This document shows positions 38,101-49,034 of a stretch of DNA of 56,758 nucleotides, one piece after another. Origin of the DNA: Asterionella formosa (lineage: Eukaryota); contig NKIB01013477.1 of the NCBI GenBank assembly GCA_002256025.1, forward strand, positions 1 to 56,758, given 5' to 3'. The notes below the pieces were generated by a model. The model was not told the origin of the DNA. It did not search any database and saw only the letters and a list, made by a program, of their open reading frames with translations. The stretch's first letter is position 1. Each line of letters opens with the position of its first letter. Both the position numbers and the translations under genes were made by a program.

Positions 38101-38329
38101 GATGTCAAATTGGGACAACATTTATGGAGAACAGGTCGGAGTTGGAGTTCACGCCCAGCAGAACACAAGCACACCTTCAAGAAAAGAGCTAGCCAAGATT
38201 TGCAAATTTCGGGCCTTCGCTGCGTTGGTACCTTTGTGCAACCAAAAAACCCATCTTCAAAAGGTTGAAGGAGTATCTGGTAGAAACTGGAGACAGCGTG
38301 ACACTGACATAACCTTTAGTGGGAGATAA
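35183..38329 (+). CDS. ~1048-aa protein with N-terminal coiled coil/helical region and C-terminal glycosyltransferase family 25-like domain
   Basis: IINLERRADRW, ERACALSH, VILEDDA, GYILSLDGA..LL..LP..GPVD motifs. Confidence 0.8.
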   Translation: MPPATKKASKRLLPLDISDRPPPVPPPPMALISLLKSNKDVLKYFSSLQANVDADVLKYKAQAKRYKQECVELQAELDKATKNVSKQPSAKKEASRRVTAPKAAPPPTTRVQDVPKPLAAKEPSQKENEINDCIFNDMLNELSSEEEDSVQVETPDKKERSISFSLLLSSDEDENENDDTSTGIQPNSVEPDVPSAMIVCLRLARDNLRKLGIALTESKTVMKGSTSPDTTIESEKIDVEHDESQSVRLLIVRRSNQDIASEIFFALHSVTKFQNDYQPFSLQYFVPCHAIDTHPAYQAKECVFDALVMMDAYCSFLQDDDWELVFVEGDEELSVGMKNRKGLVVNMMESLHGEVVDLWPRTDRSTRVITKAVHFDQENEIKQTVEHKCNERFGSRNKGRIALLAERCILAELLVRLYLHRGESHEAASLVVQYINSSAPSLAQNEYPRYPPVLSICIIESMICCGTDYFFPVFKSSPQLLNALSLIIRTVATIWKERLESVDDRITDIAKVEVSSYHRFIKSESCWSGNNELTSLVECRSELDQQIDQLQETFIGDRISRESILLTDQLLMILKGDLDFMCQRMDNGIKSMSEELSVTKKVHMTDLSVFELAIEVGACTCRQLLIRSLDRYRQEQGTILPINESMNAMEMLRNLMGLTIGYCSRSEYSPQIFWFLVRCTLQACANLADGDSAHRIISFSMSLSNSNEYMPFQTLLSVGEMPTVRIINLERRADRWNTSISQALIERLLVVRAVAKLDSDEMWGQHAYDGVGRTFAANQNLAKIIGRPLNELVEEKWKPTDLLAFDYEARKDEALIPMSPSERACALSHLCSWKGVERSLNINIPASDGYLTPQLLQLYRISGFARGPPLLYTHEAMPPVPVCVILEDDAILVDRFVDRLEDLLAELPRDFHFCSIGYSRPRTAPMVELSSQLGIPTCLWYLTGYILSLDGASHLLKSLPIVGPVDSWIGLQMMSNWDNIYGEQVGVGVHAQQNTSTPSRKELAKICKFRAFAALVPLCNQKTHLQKVEGVSGRNWRQRDTDITFSGR

Positions 38330-38956
38330 TTGCAGCACTATATAATGATAACAATAATGCTCATTACAGATCCTAGTATAGCTACAGTAATAGGGTCAAG
38401 GCTAACAATGTCCCATCATTTCATCTGGCATATGCAAAAAGTGAGCATATAATTTACCTTGTTGTATGATAAGCTATCATGTATAGGACCCATCATACGA
38501 ACATCACGAAATGTAGGTAGTTTAGTAAACGTTGCTTCCTCCCCTGTACATATTTGAGTCAATGTATCACTAGTTTTATCATTCCACTGCATCATTCAAC
38601 TGCATGGCTGATCATGGCTGATCTCACTCGGCATTTTGCACCAGGTATTATACCAGTTATTAGGTCCTTTATGCATTGGTATTCTCTTGCTCAGTCCATA
38701 GCATTCCACCTCCATTATTACTACCATTGTGTACCAGGTACCAAGGTCAAGAAGTTATACTACCGCAATTTTGGTGCACTAATAAATAATGAAGGTAGCT
38801 TAAGACGCGAGGAGAGGCAACGCTACTCAAGGAAACACAATAGTAAGAAATTCAATTGTGATACTACCTAGGTTATACATGTTTCAATATTTCATTTTAA
38901 TCAACATGCTGTAGACGAAGACGGTAACTCAAATCTGCTGATGATAGCCCAGAAAA

Positions 38957-39774
38957 CAAATATGCTAGCTCAAAAATTCTGGTTTCAAACGTTTCGCCTC
39001 ATTCGTTTTGTTGCTATAGCTACTACTAGCTAGTATTGGATGACGACTTCAAGGAAGCTCCATTTCGTGAGTCAGCAGACTGCAAAGATGCTATTGGATT
39101 TAACCTCTACCACTGTATAGAGTCAATATGGGAATAGAGATTTGCAGCTAGTAGCTTGTATCTAGTCGCTAGTAGTACTATAACTATTACGCTGATTTGC
39201 CGGTATGCTTCTTAGTGAAGAGTGTATGTTCTATTGCACTATCATTTGATAACAACCAAAGATTCAATTGAAACCCCAAAACCTTCTTGTTCTCAAATTT
39301 AAAAGCCTCCTTCACACCTTCATCCTCAGCCATCAACGCACCAAACTTGGCAAGGTTTTGGAAAATTCACCATGCTCTCGGCAAAGTGCTCCAACATCCA
39401 ACGAACAAACGCATAAGCATGAGCGAGCATCCAGCACCACAGTCTTTGTTTCAGTGACAAAATAGTTACGTCCTTCCATATTCTTTTCCATGATGACAAA
39501 CTTCCTGTGAACAAGAAGCTGAATGCTGGCGGTCTTGGTCTGTTCGATAACTTCGGGATCAGTGCTTGTAGTGTATCGTTGGGCGGGTGAAGAAGCAAGA
39601 CAACCCAAAACGAACTGAGAAGGTCAGAAGCAAGGAAGGAGGACCACTTGGTGAGTACTTCAGCTTGGCCCTCCAAGCTTGTGCCACCAACAAGGTCACG
39701 ACAGTCTGCTTTCTTGGCCAGTTATTGAAGTACGGAAATTTTTTGGGTCAAGATCTTTGACGAAGGCGAGACCA
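38957..39774 (-). repeat. Dispersed repeat copy B, inverted relative to copy A; degenerate sequence continues to ~40150
   Basis: The same spurious ORF MKPQNLLVLKFKSLLHTF... appears on opposite strands (29575-29772 minus, 39268-39465 plus). Confidence 0.9.
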
Positions 39775-40985
39775 GGGCTGGTACAGCTCCAACAGGGTTC
39801 ACCTGGTCAGAATATTGTTCCTGAAGAGAGGTGAAGGTTTGACCTGGTTTGACACGCTTGGTGCTTTGCACAGTTCCACTTGTACGATGATGTTGGAAGC
39901 CATGGAAGAGGATCCTTCAAAATGGTATAGGGTGAATTCACTATTGGAAGTCAGGATGCTAGCTAGTAGCTCTAACGTTTCTGTTTTGGTCAGACTGGTT
40001 GTAGTTTTCTTTTCGTGTTTTGTGAGCTTCTATGAAATAGATTCGGTATGTATGAGGGGAGCAGATTGTCATTTTTTCTCGTGATTCCCCGCTGTTCGAG
40101 GAACTATTAAGGCGATACGACATCATAAATGCTGCCCAGGCAAGATTTTTCATTTTGCCGTGGTTCATAGGATTGCATGTGCGATTTCCGTGTGTGACAG
40201 TTCATGGGATAACGGCACTGACATCAATCCACAGCCATCACACAGAAATAACTTGCAGACTACCTGCAGTCGACTCCCTAGAGGCTACCGGTATATACCC
40301 AACATTTGTCAAATTATGTCATCCACGTTAAATTTCAACCGTTATTAATGAATTGTTTTGGTATGTACAGTATATATAGGATCAGGTGGCTAATTTTGTA
40401 GGCATGTATCTGGAGGTTCCTGTAAAAGACGTTTCGTCCTTACTGAACTATAAGATTCATGATTCCCTAATCTAGCAGGGTCAATACCAGTACCAGTAAA
40501 AGTACCCTTCTAACTGGAACTCCGTACGTCACAGCCATACCGGCAATTCAGCCATGCTGCATTGCTAGGCTCTTGTAACCTGGGACTGGTACCATTTGCC
40601 TACCAGGTATCATATACCCGGTAGGCACATAGATGAATTCTCAAACCGTTAAGCTCGAACGATTCCGAACAAGATGCGTTGGGAGAATTGTGAAGTATAC
40701 AATCCTGTTTATTTGTTTCGTTCTAATGATTGTGTGTACATGACGGTACATATGCCAGGGTCTTTGATCCTTTTTTGCTGTACATTTCTTTCAGTCAGCC
40801 ATATAAATATGTGCGAAACAGGTGTTATGCTCTGTATTAATAGCTGAATATAAAAGAAACCAACATAAATCCAGCAAATTATCAAAATATAGCCTATACA
40901 CGAACACATGCAATAGCAGCAACACGTATTCCACATTTCATGGCCCATCACGTTTAAAAGCTACTACTTTAGAATCTGACAGACC

Positions 40986-43010
40986 ATGGGCTGTCAATCT
41001 AGCAAAGAAACAGTTGCAGGCTCTGCTTTCAAAGAAAACGCGACATCGTATGTGAGCCTCAATACGAAAGAGGCTACTGAAACCAAGAGAATGACAGAAG
41101 CAGTAGAATTCAATGCAGAACCAGTTCCATCGAAGCAGCTGTATTCTATGCTGGTGGACGAGCAGGGCAGTTACAAAAGTCTCGTGGGCTTCTGGCCGAA
41201 CGTGGTCGCTCTCTGCGAAAGTGATCCGCTGAGTCTCAAGTATGTTGACCCGACAACAAAATCGACTTCGCTCCATGTGGTGTGTGCAATGGTCGATTTC
41301 GAGGACGGGACGATGAACGAAGATTCGGAAAGGAGTGTCGTCGCCGTTGTTCGATCAATTATCAAGTCATATCCCGAAGCGGCTTCCAAATATGACGCCA
41401 AGGGAAGAATTCCTCTTTACTACGCCGTTGCACTCACCAAGACGTCTGCTGGTCGTGTGATACCTGCGCGATGGAATACTCGTGCTTCAGTTGTTCGCTT
41501 GTTAGCATCTGCAGATTTTGAAGTGTCACAAGAGTTCCTTAGCCGAAATGATGTTGTTTTTGATGCTGAAACTGGTGGATGCACTCCTCTTTATCATGCA
41601 CTTCAAATTATACCGGATGATTTCAGTTCACCGGGAGCGACCCTTGGCTTCGTTTCTGTCTTGCAAGAGTGCAACCCTCGCGTGGTCAGTGTAGGGAACT
41701 CTTCTGATGCCGACAAGCCTCTGTCACTCCTCTATCGCAGATTCACGCGTCAATTTGACATTTCAGAGAAATTCTTTCCTGGGGATAACAGTCGGGAAGA
41801 AGTAGTCCAGCATCGACGTGACTACAAAATGGCAGCTGGAAACACTTGGAAGATTATTGAAATCCTCCTGCGACCGGAAGGGAACCCTTACCAGCACTGG
41901 AGAATCGTCCATAGAGCCGTGCAAGTAGAGACACCGCCTGACTTGCTTCGTTACATTGTTGAGACAAATGCGGAGGATTTGACACAGATGGACGAATCCG
42001 GCAATTTGCCGCTACACTATGCGGCGAAATCTTTGCCGAACAAGGAGGCAGGACCGCACTCGTTTCCGTCCTTTTACACGAAATATGTTGTTGACGAGTT
42101 GCTCTACAAATTCCCAGAAGCAGCTTCTATACCTGATGGCGAAGGGAAATTCGCTTTTACTTTGGCGGTTGATACCGGAAAGCAATGGATTGGCGGCGGT
42201 GTCAAATCATTGCATGACGCTCATCCAGAAGCCGTGAATCAGGTTGACATGGCAGCACACACTTCACTGCAGACAGCGTTGAGTCATACAGAGGAACTAG
42301 AGGCAAACAAAACTGCTGAAAACGAAGGGGACGGAATCATTCGAGACGAACATCATGATGCCATCATGTTGGTACAAAAGGAAGGAGTAGACGTTTCTGA
42401 AGTAGTCTGCTCCATGTGGGCTCACGAGGAAGATGCGGGGGTGCAAATGCTGGGATGTGTGGCTCTGACAAAGCTGTGTAAAGCTGCAAAGACAGAAGTT
42501 GCGATATTGCGCATAGCCTTGGGAGCTATTGCAGCAGTAGTAAATGCTATGAAAGCGCATCCAAACGAGCCAATTGTCCAAGACAAAGCTTGCTCAGCCT
42601 TGAGGGGTATGTCAGTTGCCGACGGAAAACGTGAAGTGTCGTTTGTTGCATCTGGTGCAATTGCAGCCGTGGTTGGAGCTATGCAAGCGCACATTGGGGA
42701 CCCAGCAGTGCAAGAAGAAGCATGCTATGCCATCGCCGATATCGTAGCGAACGGTGGAGCCGATCGAGCAACGATTGTGGCCAGCGTGTCGGGCATTACT
42801 GCCATTGTAAATTCAATCGCCGCGCACCCCACTTTAGTTGGTGTCCAAGAAGCGGGATGCAACGCACTGAAGGCTGTTACTGATTTTCCTGATGCCTTGC
42901 TTCCTGACCTTCCACGGTCACAAATAGAATCACTCTTAGAAGCCGCGAAGGCTAACTTTCCTCATGAATGCGGTGCAACTGTCGATATCGTGTTGTCGAG
43001 GCTAACCTAA
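40986..43010 (+). CDS. N-acylated ankyrin-like + armadillo-repeat protein
   Basis: MGCQSSK myristoylation/palmitoylation motif; ankyrin-like GRIPLYYA, CTPLYHA, GNLPLHYA; ARM-like VVNAMKAHP...VQDKACSAL repeats. Confidence 0.85.
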   Translation: MGCQSSKETVAGSAFKENATSYVSLNTKEATETKRMTEAVEFNAEPVPSKQLYSMLVDEQGSYKSLVGFWPNVVALCESDPLSLKYVDPTTKSTSLHVVCAMVDFEDGTMNEDSERSVVAVVRSIIKSYPEAASKYDAKGRIPLYYAVALTKTSAGRVIPARWNTRASVVRLLASADFEVSQEFLSRNDVVFDAETGGCTPLYHALQIIPDDFSSPGATLGFVSVLQECNPRVVSVGNSSDADKPLSLLYRRFTRQFDISEKFFPGDNSREEVVQHRRDYKMAAGNTWKIIEILLRPEGNPYQHWRIVHRAVQVETPPDLLRYIVETNAEDLTQMDESGNLPLHYAAKSLPNKEAGPHSFPSFYTKYVVDELLYKFPEAASIPDGEGKFAFTLAVDTGKQWIGGGVKSLHDAHPEAVNQVDMAAHTSLQTALSHTEELEANKTAENEGDGIIRDEHHDAIMLVQKEGVDVSEVVCSMWAHEEDAGVQMLGCVALTKLCKAAKTEVAILRIALGAIAAVVNAMKAHPNEPIVQDKACSALRGMSVADGKREVSFVASGAIAAVVGAMQAHIGDPAVQEEACYAIADIVANGGADRATIVASVSGITAIVNSIAAHPTLVGVQEAGCNALKAVTDFPDALLPDLPRSQIESLLEAAKANFPHECGATVDIVLSRLT

Positions 43011-43403
43011 ATCTACCGCCTTTCGTACCTTTCTTAAAATGTCATTACATGTTCACAAAGTCCACAATGAAAAGAAACTAAACAATGTTTGGAGTAAACC
43101 CGATATAAATGTACATCAGTATAGAGATTCATCCCACCGTGTCCTGAGCTCTGAAAAGAAGTGTTATCCAATCAGCGATTGAAAGAAATGTTGGCTTTTC
43201 TCGTTATGTCCTAGAGTTAAAAATGCAAAAAAGTTTTTTTCGTTTTGGCACATAGTGCGTTGACCCCATCCGCTCCTTCCACTTCATTTGCAATACTAAA
43301 CTTTACTAAACTAATCAGTTTCGGTTGAAGCCTTGGCAGCGACCAGCTTTTCCTCGTTTCTGGCCAACTTATCCTGCGACTTGTTGTCCACCATTTTCCC
43401 CTT

Positions 43404-43413
43404 NNNNNNNNNN
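43404..43413. other. Assembly gap (10 N)
   Basis: Run of N next to a G homopolymer. Confidence 0.99.
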
Positions 43414-43663
43414 GGGGGGGGCGCTAGGAACTCAATTATGTGACAGGATTAATGAACAACATAAAATTTTATGGGCAGTACCACATGACGAAGTTATGAA
43501 AGTATATACAATACCATGTAATCCTTTCATCACAACAAAGGCTTTCCAAAGAGTCAAAACGCCATTTTCACTTAAGGGATTTACTTTTTATGGCATGTGT
43601 ACCAGTGGTTCAATGCCTTGCGATTTGAATTAGGTTGATTGTATGGCTGGTCGGCTCCTAAGG

Positions 43664-45610
43664 TTATAGTCGGTCATTTGCCTTCGTTCCCGTCACGATC
43701 AAGGGCGTATCCTTCAGAGATTCTATTGACTGGAATGCTTCCCTTGCTGGCGTCACGGATGGTGCTGAAGTTGGTAATGAAACAGAAGTAGGCATGGCGC
43801 CACCAATATCAAAGATGTTGCCCCAAAAGTTAACCCTGATGGTTGGAGATTGAGTTTGCAAAATAGAAGGGGTTGTAGGACTAACTGTGGAAAAGCGTGT
43901 AGTTGTAGGTGCTGTTGATGATGCCGTTGGGAAAGCTGTTGGAGCTGCTGTAGGGTCCGGATTTGATGGAGCATTCGTTGGAATGGGAGTGGGATTCTTG
44001 GTTTGGTGAATCCTTGGAGGCGTTGTTGCATCGCGTAAAGGTGTCGACGAGGGGAATTTTGTAGGATATCCCATAGGCGGTTTGATGGGCGCTCCGGTGG
44101 ATAACATTGTAGATAAACCGCTGAGAAAACTAGTTGGCGACATGGTCCTGCTGGGATTTATTGATGGGAAAACAGAAGGCAGGGCCGACGCAATTCCCTG
44201 AACCCGAAACGTCATTGTCATGCGGCTGGCAGATATGTCGAGGATTTTCACGCCAGTTCGGCGTATTTTCCCGTTTTGATAAGAGTTTGAATTGGGATAT
44301 AAACCATATTTGGAACTCTGAGCAACTGCATCTTCGGGACCCACTGTATATGCCTTGCCGGCAACGAAATAATCGGTTTCGTCGCCCATGTTCACTCCCA
44401 CCTCTAAATCATAGTTTCCATCCGCTTGTTCGAGGGCAACTTGATAATGTCGATTGTTCCCCGGCCATTTTTTTAGTCCTGGATAGCCTCGTTCGGTTTG
44501 AAGATCCTTGGAATCGTCAATATGCCAGATGAGCAATCCTCCACCCCACAGTAAGTCATCCCAAAGAATCGGTTGTCTATTTTCAATCAGCAAGTACTCT
44601 CCGACTGGGTACGGCGTCGAGATCATGTATACATCGGCGCTTGTTTCGCTAGCCGTTATGGCATACATGTCATCATACAGAATCTCTTTTGGTGTCACCC
44701 ATCCCAACTTCATTTTACACCAAGGACTAAAGTGCGCCGGATGCATTTGATTAGCGTTCCTCCCATGAGCATTCGCCATGAGGTCCCAGTCTCCAATCCC
44801 CTTACCTATCCATCCGTTTTGACTATCAATTAAATCTGGCAAACCGAGCGTATGGCCAAACTCGTGTGCGATCACCGACATTCGTGCGATTTTCGAATAG
44901 CACATTCCACGTAATCCACTTGACACCATGTAGGTCTTCGTGGCAATGCCTGTCTTTTTGCTCACCCAATCCATTCCAGAAGTCGCATGGGACCAGATTC
45001 GATCCAGCATGGTTGCGTTTGTGTTGCAATCTTCCCCTCCATACTCTGCAGCATAGCCACTATGTATAACGACAAAACTGTCCACGTAGCCGTCGTTGTT
45101 GGCATCAAAGTTGGTAAAGTCAAAGTCGCTGTTCTCTAGATTTTGGAGGATATGGTAAAATGAGCCTGCGAAAAATGTAGATAACCCTGAATTGTTGTTG
45201 GCATACACAGCCTCGGTATCATTCGTCACTTGCCAGTCAATGACTGTTGCATCAATACTGAATTGATTGTACGAGTTGGCTAGCAACCATGATTTTAAGG
45301 ATCCTGTGGGAGCAGAAGAATTATCCGTTGCGTCCGAGTTGAATAGTATCTCGTACTCTGAGGGAGTCGGAAGAATTCGATCTACGTGATCGGTAAAGCG
45401 CATCAACAAGACCAAAACAGGAACCTGTTGCAACGACAATAATGCTCTGGCATTCCGATGCATCTCGCTGTTCATTTCGTTGCAGAGTGTTTCATTGTCC
45501 TGACAAAATTGAGGCTGTATGATTCTAACTTCGCTGCACGACGCTTTCTGGAGGATGAGAGATGACAAAAGGAAGACAAAGCATGTATTTGGCAGACGAC
45601 GAAGTGCCAT
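43664..45610 (-). CDS. Secreted M6-family (immune inhibitor A-like) zinc metalloprotease with PT-rich C-terminal stalk
   Basis: Signal peptide; HSGYAAE, IWSH, zinc motif AHEFGHTLGLPDL, WDLMA, WCKMKLGW, EYLLIENRQ, LLIWHID. Confidence 0.92.
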   Translation of the reverse strand: MALRRLPNTCFVFLLSSLILQKASCSEVRIIQPQFCQDNETLCNEMNSEMHRNARALLSLQQVPVLVLLMRFTDHVDRILPTPSEYEILFNSDATDNSSAPTGSLKSWLLANSYNQFSIDATVIDWQVTNDTEAVYANNNSGLSTFFAGSFYHILQNLENSDFDFTNFDANNDGYVDSFVVIHSGYAAEYGGEDCNTNATMLDRIWSHATSGMDWVSKKTGIATKTYMVSSGLRGMCYSKIARMSVIAHEFGHTLGLPDLIDSQNGWIGKGIGDWDLMANAHGRNANQMHPAHFSPWCKMKLGWVTPKEILYDDMYAITASETSADVYMISTPYPVGEYLLIENRQPILWDDLLWGGGLLIWHIDDSKDLQTERGYPGLKKWPGNNRHYQVALEQADGNYDLEVGVNMGDETDYFVAGKAYTVGPEDAVAQSSKYGLYPNSNSYQNGKIRRTGVKILDISASRMTMTFRVQGIASALPSVFPSINPSRTMSPTSFLSGLSTMLSTGAPIKPPMGYPTKFPSSTPLRDATTPPRIHQTKNPTPIPTNAPSNPDPTAAPTAFPTASSTAPTTTRFSTVSPTTPSILQTQSPTIRVNFWGNIFDIGGAMPTSVSLPTSAPSVTPAREAFQSIESLKDTPLIVTGTKANDRL

Positions 45611-46619
45611 TGTGTAGACTGAAGAATTCTTTCGCTGTAATAACAATTTGTGCAGTCACTGCAGTACTAAAGAGAGGAATAATATTCACAACTCCTGAAG
45701 TTGTTACTAGTTATTATTCAAAGCAGTAAGAACAAAGGACTTATTGGCTGCTGTGCCAATCAGACCGAAACGAAATTTTATGATCATTTTGTGTAGATGG
45801 TTTTTGGATGACAATGTACGGTACTGTCCTCACTGGTTTAGGAGTCTATCATACAAATATTTGCAAACCGTTATGTCCAGACAAGCAGAAATATTGAGTA
45901 CCTGTTACCAGCATGCCTAGTGGGAGTTTTACCAGGTACCGTATGTATCATGCTATTTGTTCGCTCGTCACCGGAAGATGATGCTATGGACGAAGGAAAT
46001 GGTCGGGATCTGGAAAAATGGGCACGACTAAATGAGACAAAGTATAGTTTCCCTTAAGTAGTTTCGAACTGGGCTTATGTAATTGATATGTAGAGTTGAA
46101 GTCGCTCCCGACGTTAATTGCATTTTATGGGTTTGCTTTTCAAGTATTCATTGTCTAAATGAATGAATAGGAAGTCCAGAATAAATCTACATGCATATTG
46201 TACTGGTAAATATCCAATATGACGACATCCACATGTATCTTTTACGATAGTAACCATCAGGGAGGTCTAGCCGATACAGTAGAATAGTTAAAACGGACGC
46301 CAGTGAACACAAGAGAATTATTACATATACGCCCACTTACGCGGTATACGAGAGGGGCTTGCATTTGTTTGACTGCTCGTGCTCATTTATGTACTGTATG
46401 ACCTACCTGAATGTATTCACCTACATAGCATGCAGACAGGTGTGCACTATTCTCTTATTTTTAACAAAATCAAGTTCCTTAAAATACCGGTATTCTTGTC
46501 TCCGTGTACAAAATAGGTTTTCGTACAACCCCAAAGCACAGTCGACGACCACTTTATTACCAGGTACCCCCGTTTTGGGACTGAAATTAGACTGATGTCA
46601 AGCGGACCCAGCCAATTAA

Positions 46620-47400
46620 AACCCTTTGAGTCGAAGTCAACTAATCCATGCAAGTACTACTAGCTAGCTGATTGAAAAATTTAAACAGTATGAAGTTTTC
46701 TATATTAAAATAAAATCTTTCAATTTATTAGTTTCCCATTTTAGTGATCTTAGCTACCTATTCATATATTTTTTGTCATGTCTAGATATTTTAAAAGATT
46801 CAACAGTTAGGAAATATTACCTGGTTTCCCTATTTTCTCCAATTTCTTGTGAACTCTGACATTATCAGATTCTGTTCTTTCCTCTCATCTCTTGATGATG
46901 ATGATGAGCAACATGATCATCAAATTGCTTCTGTTAGCAGCATGAGATCCATCAATAAGAAACAAGATGCCATCATCGCTTAGTCAAAGCAAGTTTCACT
47001 GTTTTGAAAAAACAGTTGCAAGATCTCATCTGGTGCTGTTGTCGTCAACACTTGGTATTCTTGCAATTGTTGTTTGTATGGTTGCAGTATCAGTATGACA
47101 TAAAGATTCATTGCCATTCCTTGTTGATGAAGACTGATGAGCGACACGAGAGACACCAACCCTGCTATCATCATCACTGGCATATTCATCAGTACCAGTG
47201 TCAACTCCATCCTCTTCATCTTCATCTTCCTCTTCAACTTCCTCTTTCTCCTTTTCCTCTTTCTGCTCTTCTTCTGATTCTGATAATTGTTGCTCTATAT
47301 GGAGATGGTGACATTCCAGCAGCTTCGGAGAGGAAGGGAAACTTCCTTTGGCTGGTTGGTTGGGCTCCTTTGACCAGAAGAGGATGGTGATGACATCATC
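46620..47400 (-). pseudogene. AT-rich decayed ORF with long acidic tract; possible transposon relic
   Basis: Broken frame encoding SESEEEQKEEKEKEEVEEEDEDEEDG..., CpG-poor. No catalytic motif seen. Confidence 0.3.
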
Positions 47401-47925
47401 GTAATCTAAAACATATGATGATCAATGCATATTTACATACCCTAGAGGCAGATTGATGTGTTAATTAATGTACATGCATAGTGGTAAGGGCAAGCCATTT
47501 TGGGTACCAGTAGTATCATGAGCAAGCAAAAGTCTTCAAATGTTTTGGGAAATTACTTTTCGCCCACATGTTTTGTTCCTATAAAACAACCGGTAGATCA
47601 GTTAGTATACCGGCATACATTTAATAAAATTAGCTGTATACGTAATTCATGTTATGTGTATAATCTCAGATACATAGAGTGTGATCAGAACACCACGAAT
47701 GTTGAAGTGACAATGGCCTTGGGTTTTTCGATCAATCAACTTGTTAGCTTCATTTTGGTAGCCACATTCACGTTTACTGTGTGGCATTCCACCTTTGAAT
47801 TGACGAAATATACCATTCAGAATTGGGATTCACTGTCACTCTCGAATCTGCTGCTAATCATCAAAAAACTCACTAGCTCTCCTGGTCTGCTTCTGCTACA
47901 TTCATACTTGTCAGTTAGCATCATC

Positions 47926-48748
47926 ATGAAGATATTAGTGGCTGTAACGATACTCGTTGTTTACTTTGTCGTCCAACTGGATGCCTTTATTCGAGCACCT
48001 TATCCTCGACGAGCAAGAGCCATTCGACAAGGGATCATTCGTCCAAATGCAGCCAGGCTGACGTCTGATTTTACGCACGAAGACATTATTTGGACACTGA
48101 GACCACCAGAAGGAACACCGCTGTGGAAGAGATTCGGTTTGAGATTTGGAAGTAACATTATTAGGCTTGAGGCCATTGTTCGAGGAAGGGATCCTCCCTT
48201 TTGCCTTTGCCCCAAGGGAGGGCAAGCCATTATTCACGCAGTTTACAATGGTACGTAGGAAACACACCATTCGATTTACTTCATACAACAATGTCAAGAC
48301 GCTCGAATTACGAACCTGACGCCACACTGAATCAAAAACAGGGAAGCGTATTGGGAAGTTTGGGATCACCACAATCCGCGGCCCACCAGACCCTATGATC
48401 GACCAAAGCACTGAAGACTTGTTCAAAATCAAACTCAACGGCCGTTCTGTAGGAGCCGCTGCCGTCATTTACATGTTTGTTGAACCAATGCATAGAAAGC
48501 ATGGGCTGGGGAAGCTAGCGCTGGAAGTAATTTCTTTGATTCACGCACTTCAAGGATGCGACTTTACGATGATGGTTTGTGATGATAACGGGTCTGGAAA
48601 ATTGATAGAGTGGTATGAATCAAATGGGTACAAACAGGCTCCGAAGCTACAAGCCTTACTCGGAAGCCCAAATAAAGAATTTGGGACCACTATGATAGCT
48701 CCGACTCAACGACTGGTCAACCCAGCCTGCAGATTAAAATGGTGGTGA
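47926..48748 (+). CDS. Probably plastid-targeted GNAT-family acetyltransferase, 2 exons
   Basis: Signal MKILVAVTILVVYFVVQLDA-F; intron 48251-48341 splices in frame. Acetyl-CoA motif MFVEPMHRKHGLGKLAL; LIEWYESNGY. Confidence 0.85.
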
Positions 48749-49034
48749 ATAGTAAGTTGAAGCGCGCGAAATAAAGCTAACATGAAAGCACCACAGCTCT
48801 TCGTTAAAGAGAAAAGGGTGCGCACTTTGTGAAGAAGGGAGAACAAACACTGAACAATGGGAAGTCACACTCGAAGTTTAAAAGAATAGGTCAAGTGGCA
48901 TACTCTGTGTACTTCATGTATTTATACATTCATATTCTATGGCATACTCGTGTCTCGTAGATTATCTTCGGATTGGAAATTTATCATCGGTTCTAAGCTG
49001 AGCTTGATTAAGCCCTGAACTTTCATTTCAGTTT

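Noticed and set aside
43325..43633. ORF spanning the N gap
   Set aside because: Crosses an assembly gap and has no coding signal.
47500..47925. N-terminal extension of the 252-aa ORF
   Set aside because: Begins at TTG; ATG 47926 gives a clean signal peptide, so the upstream part is probably non-coding.
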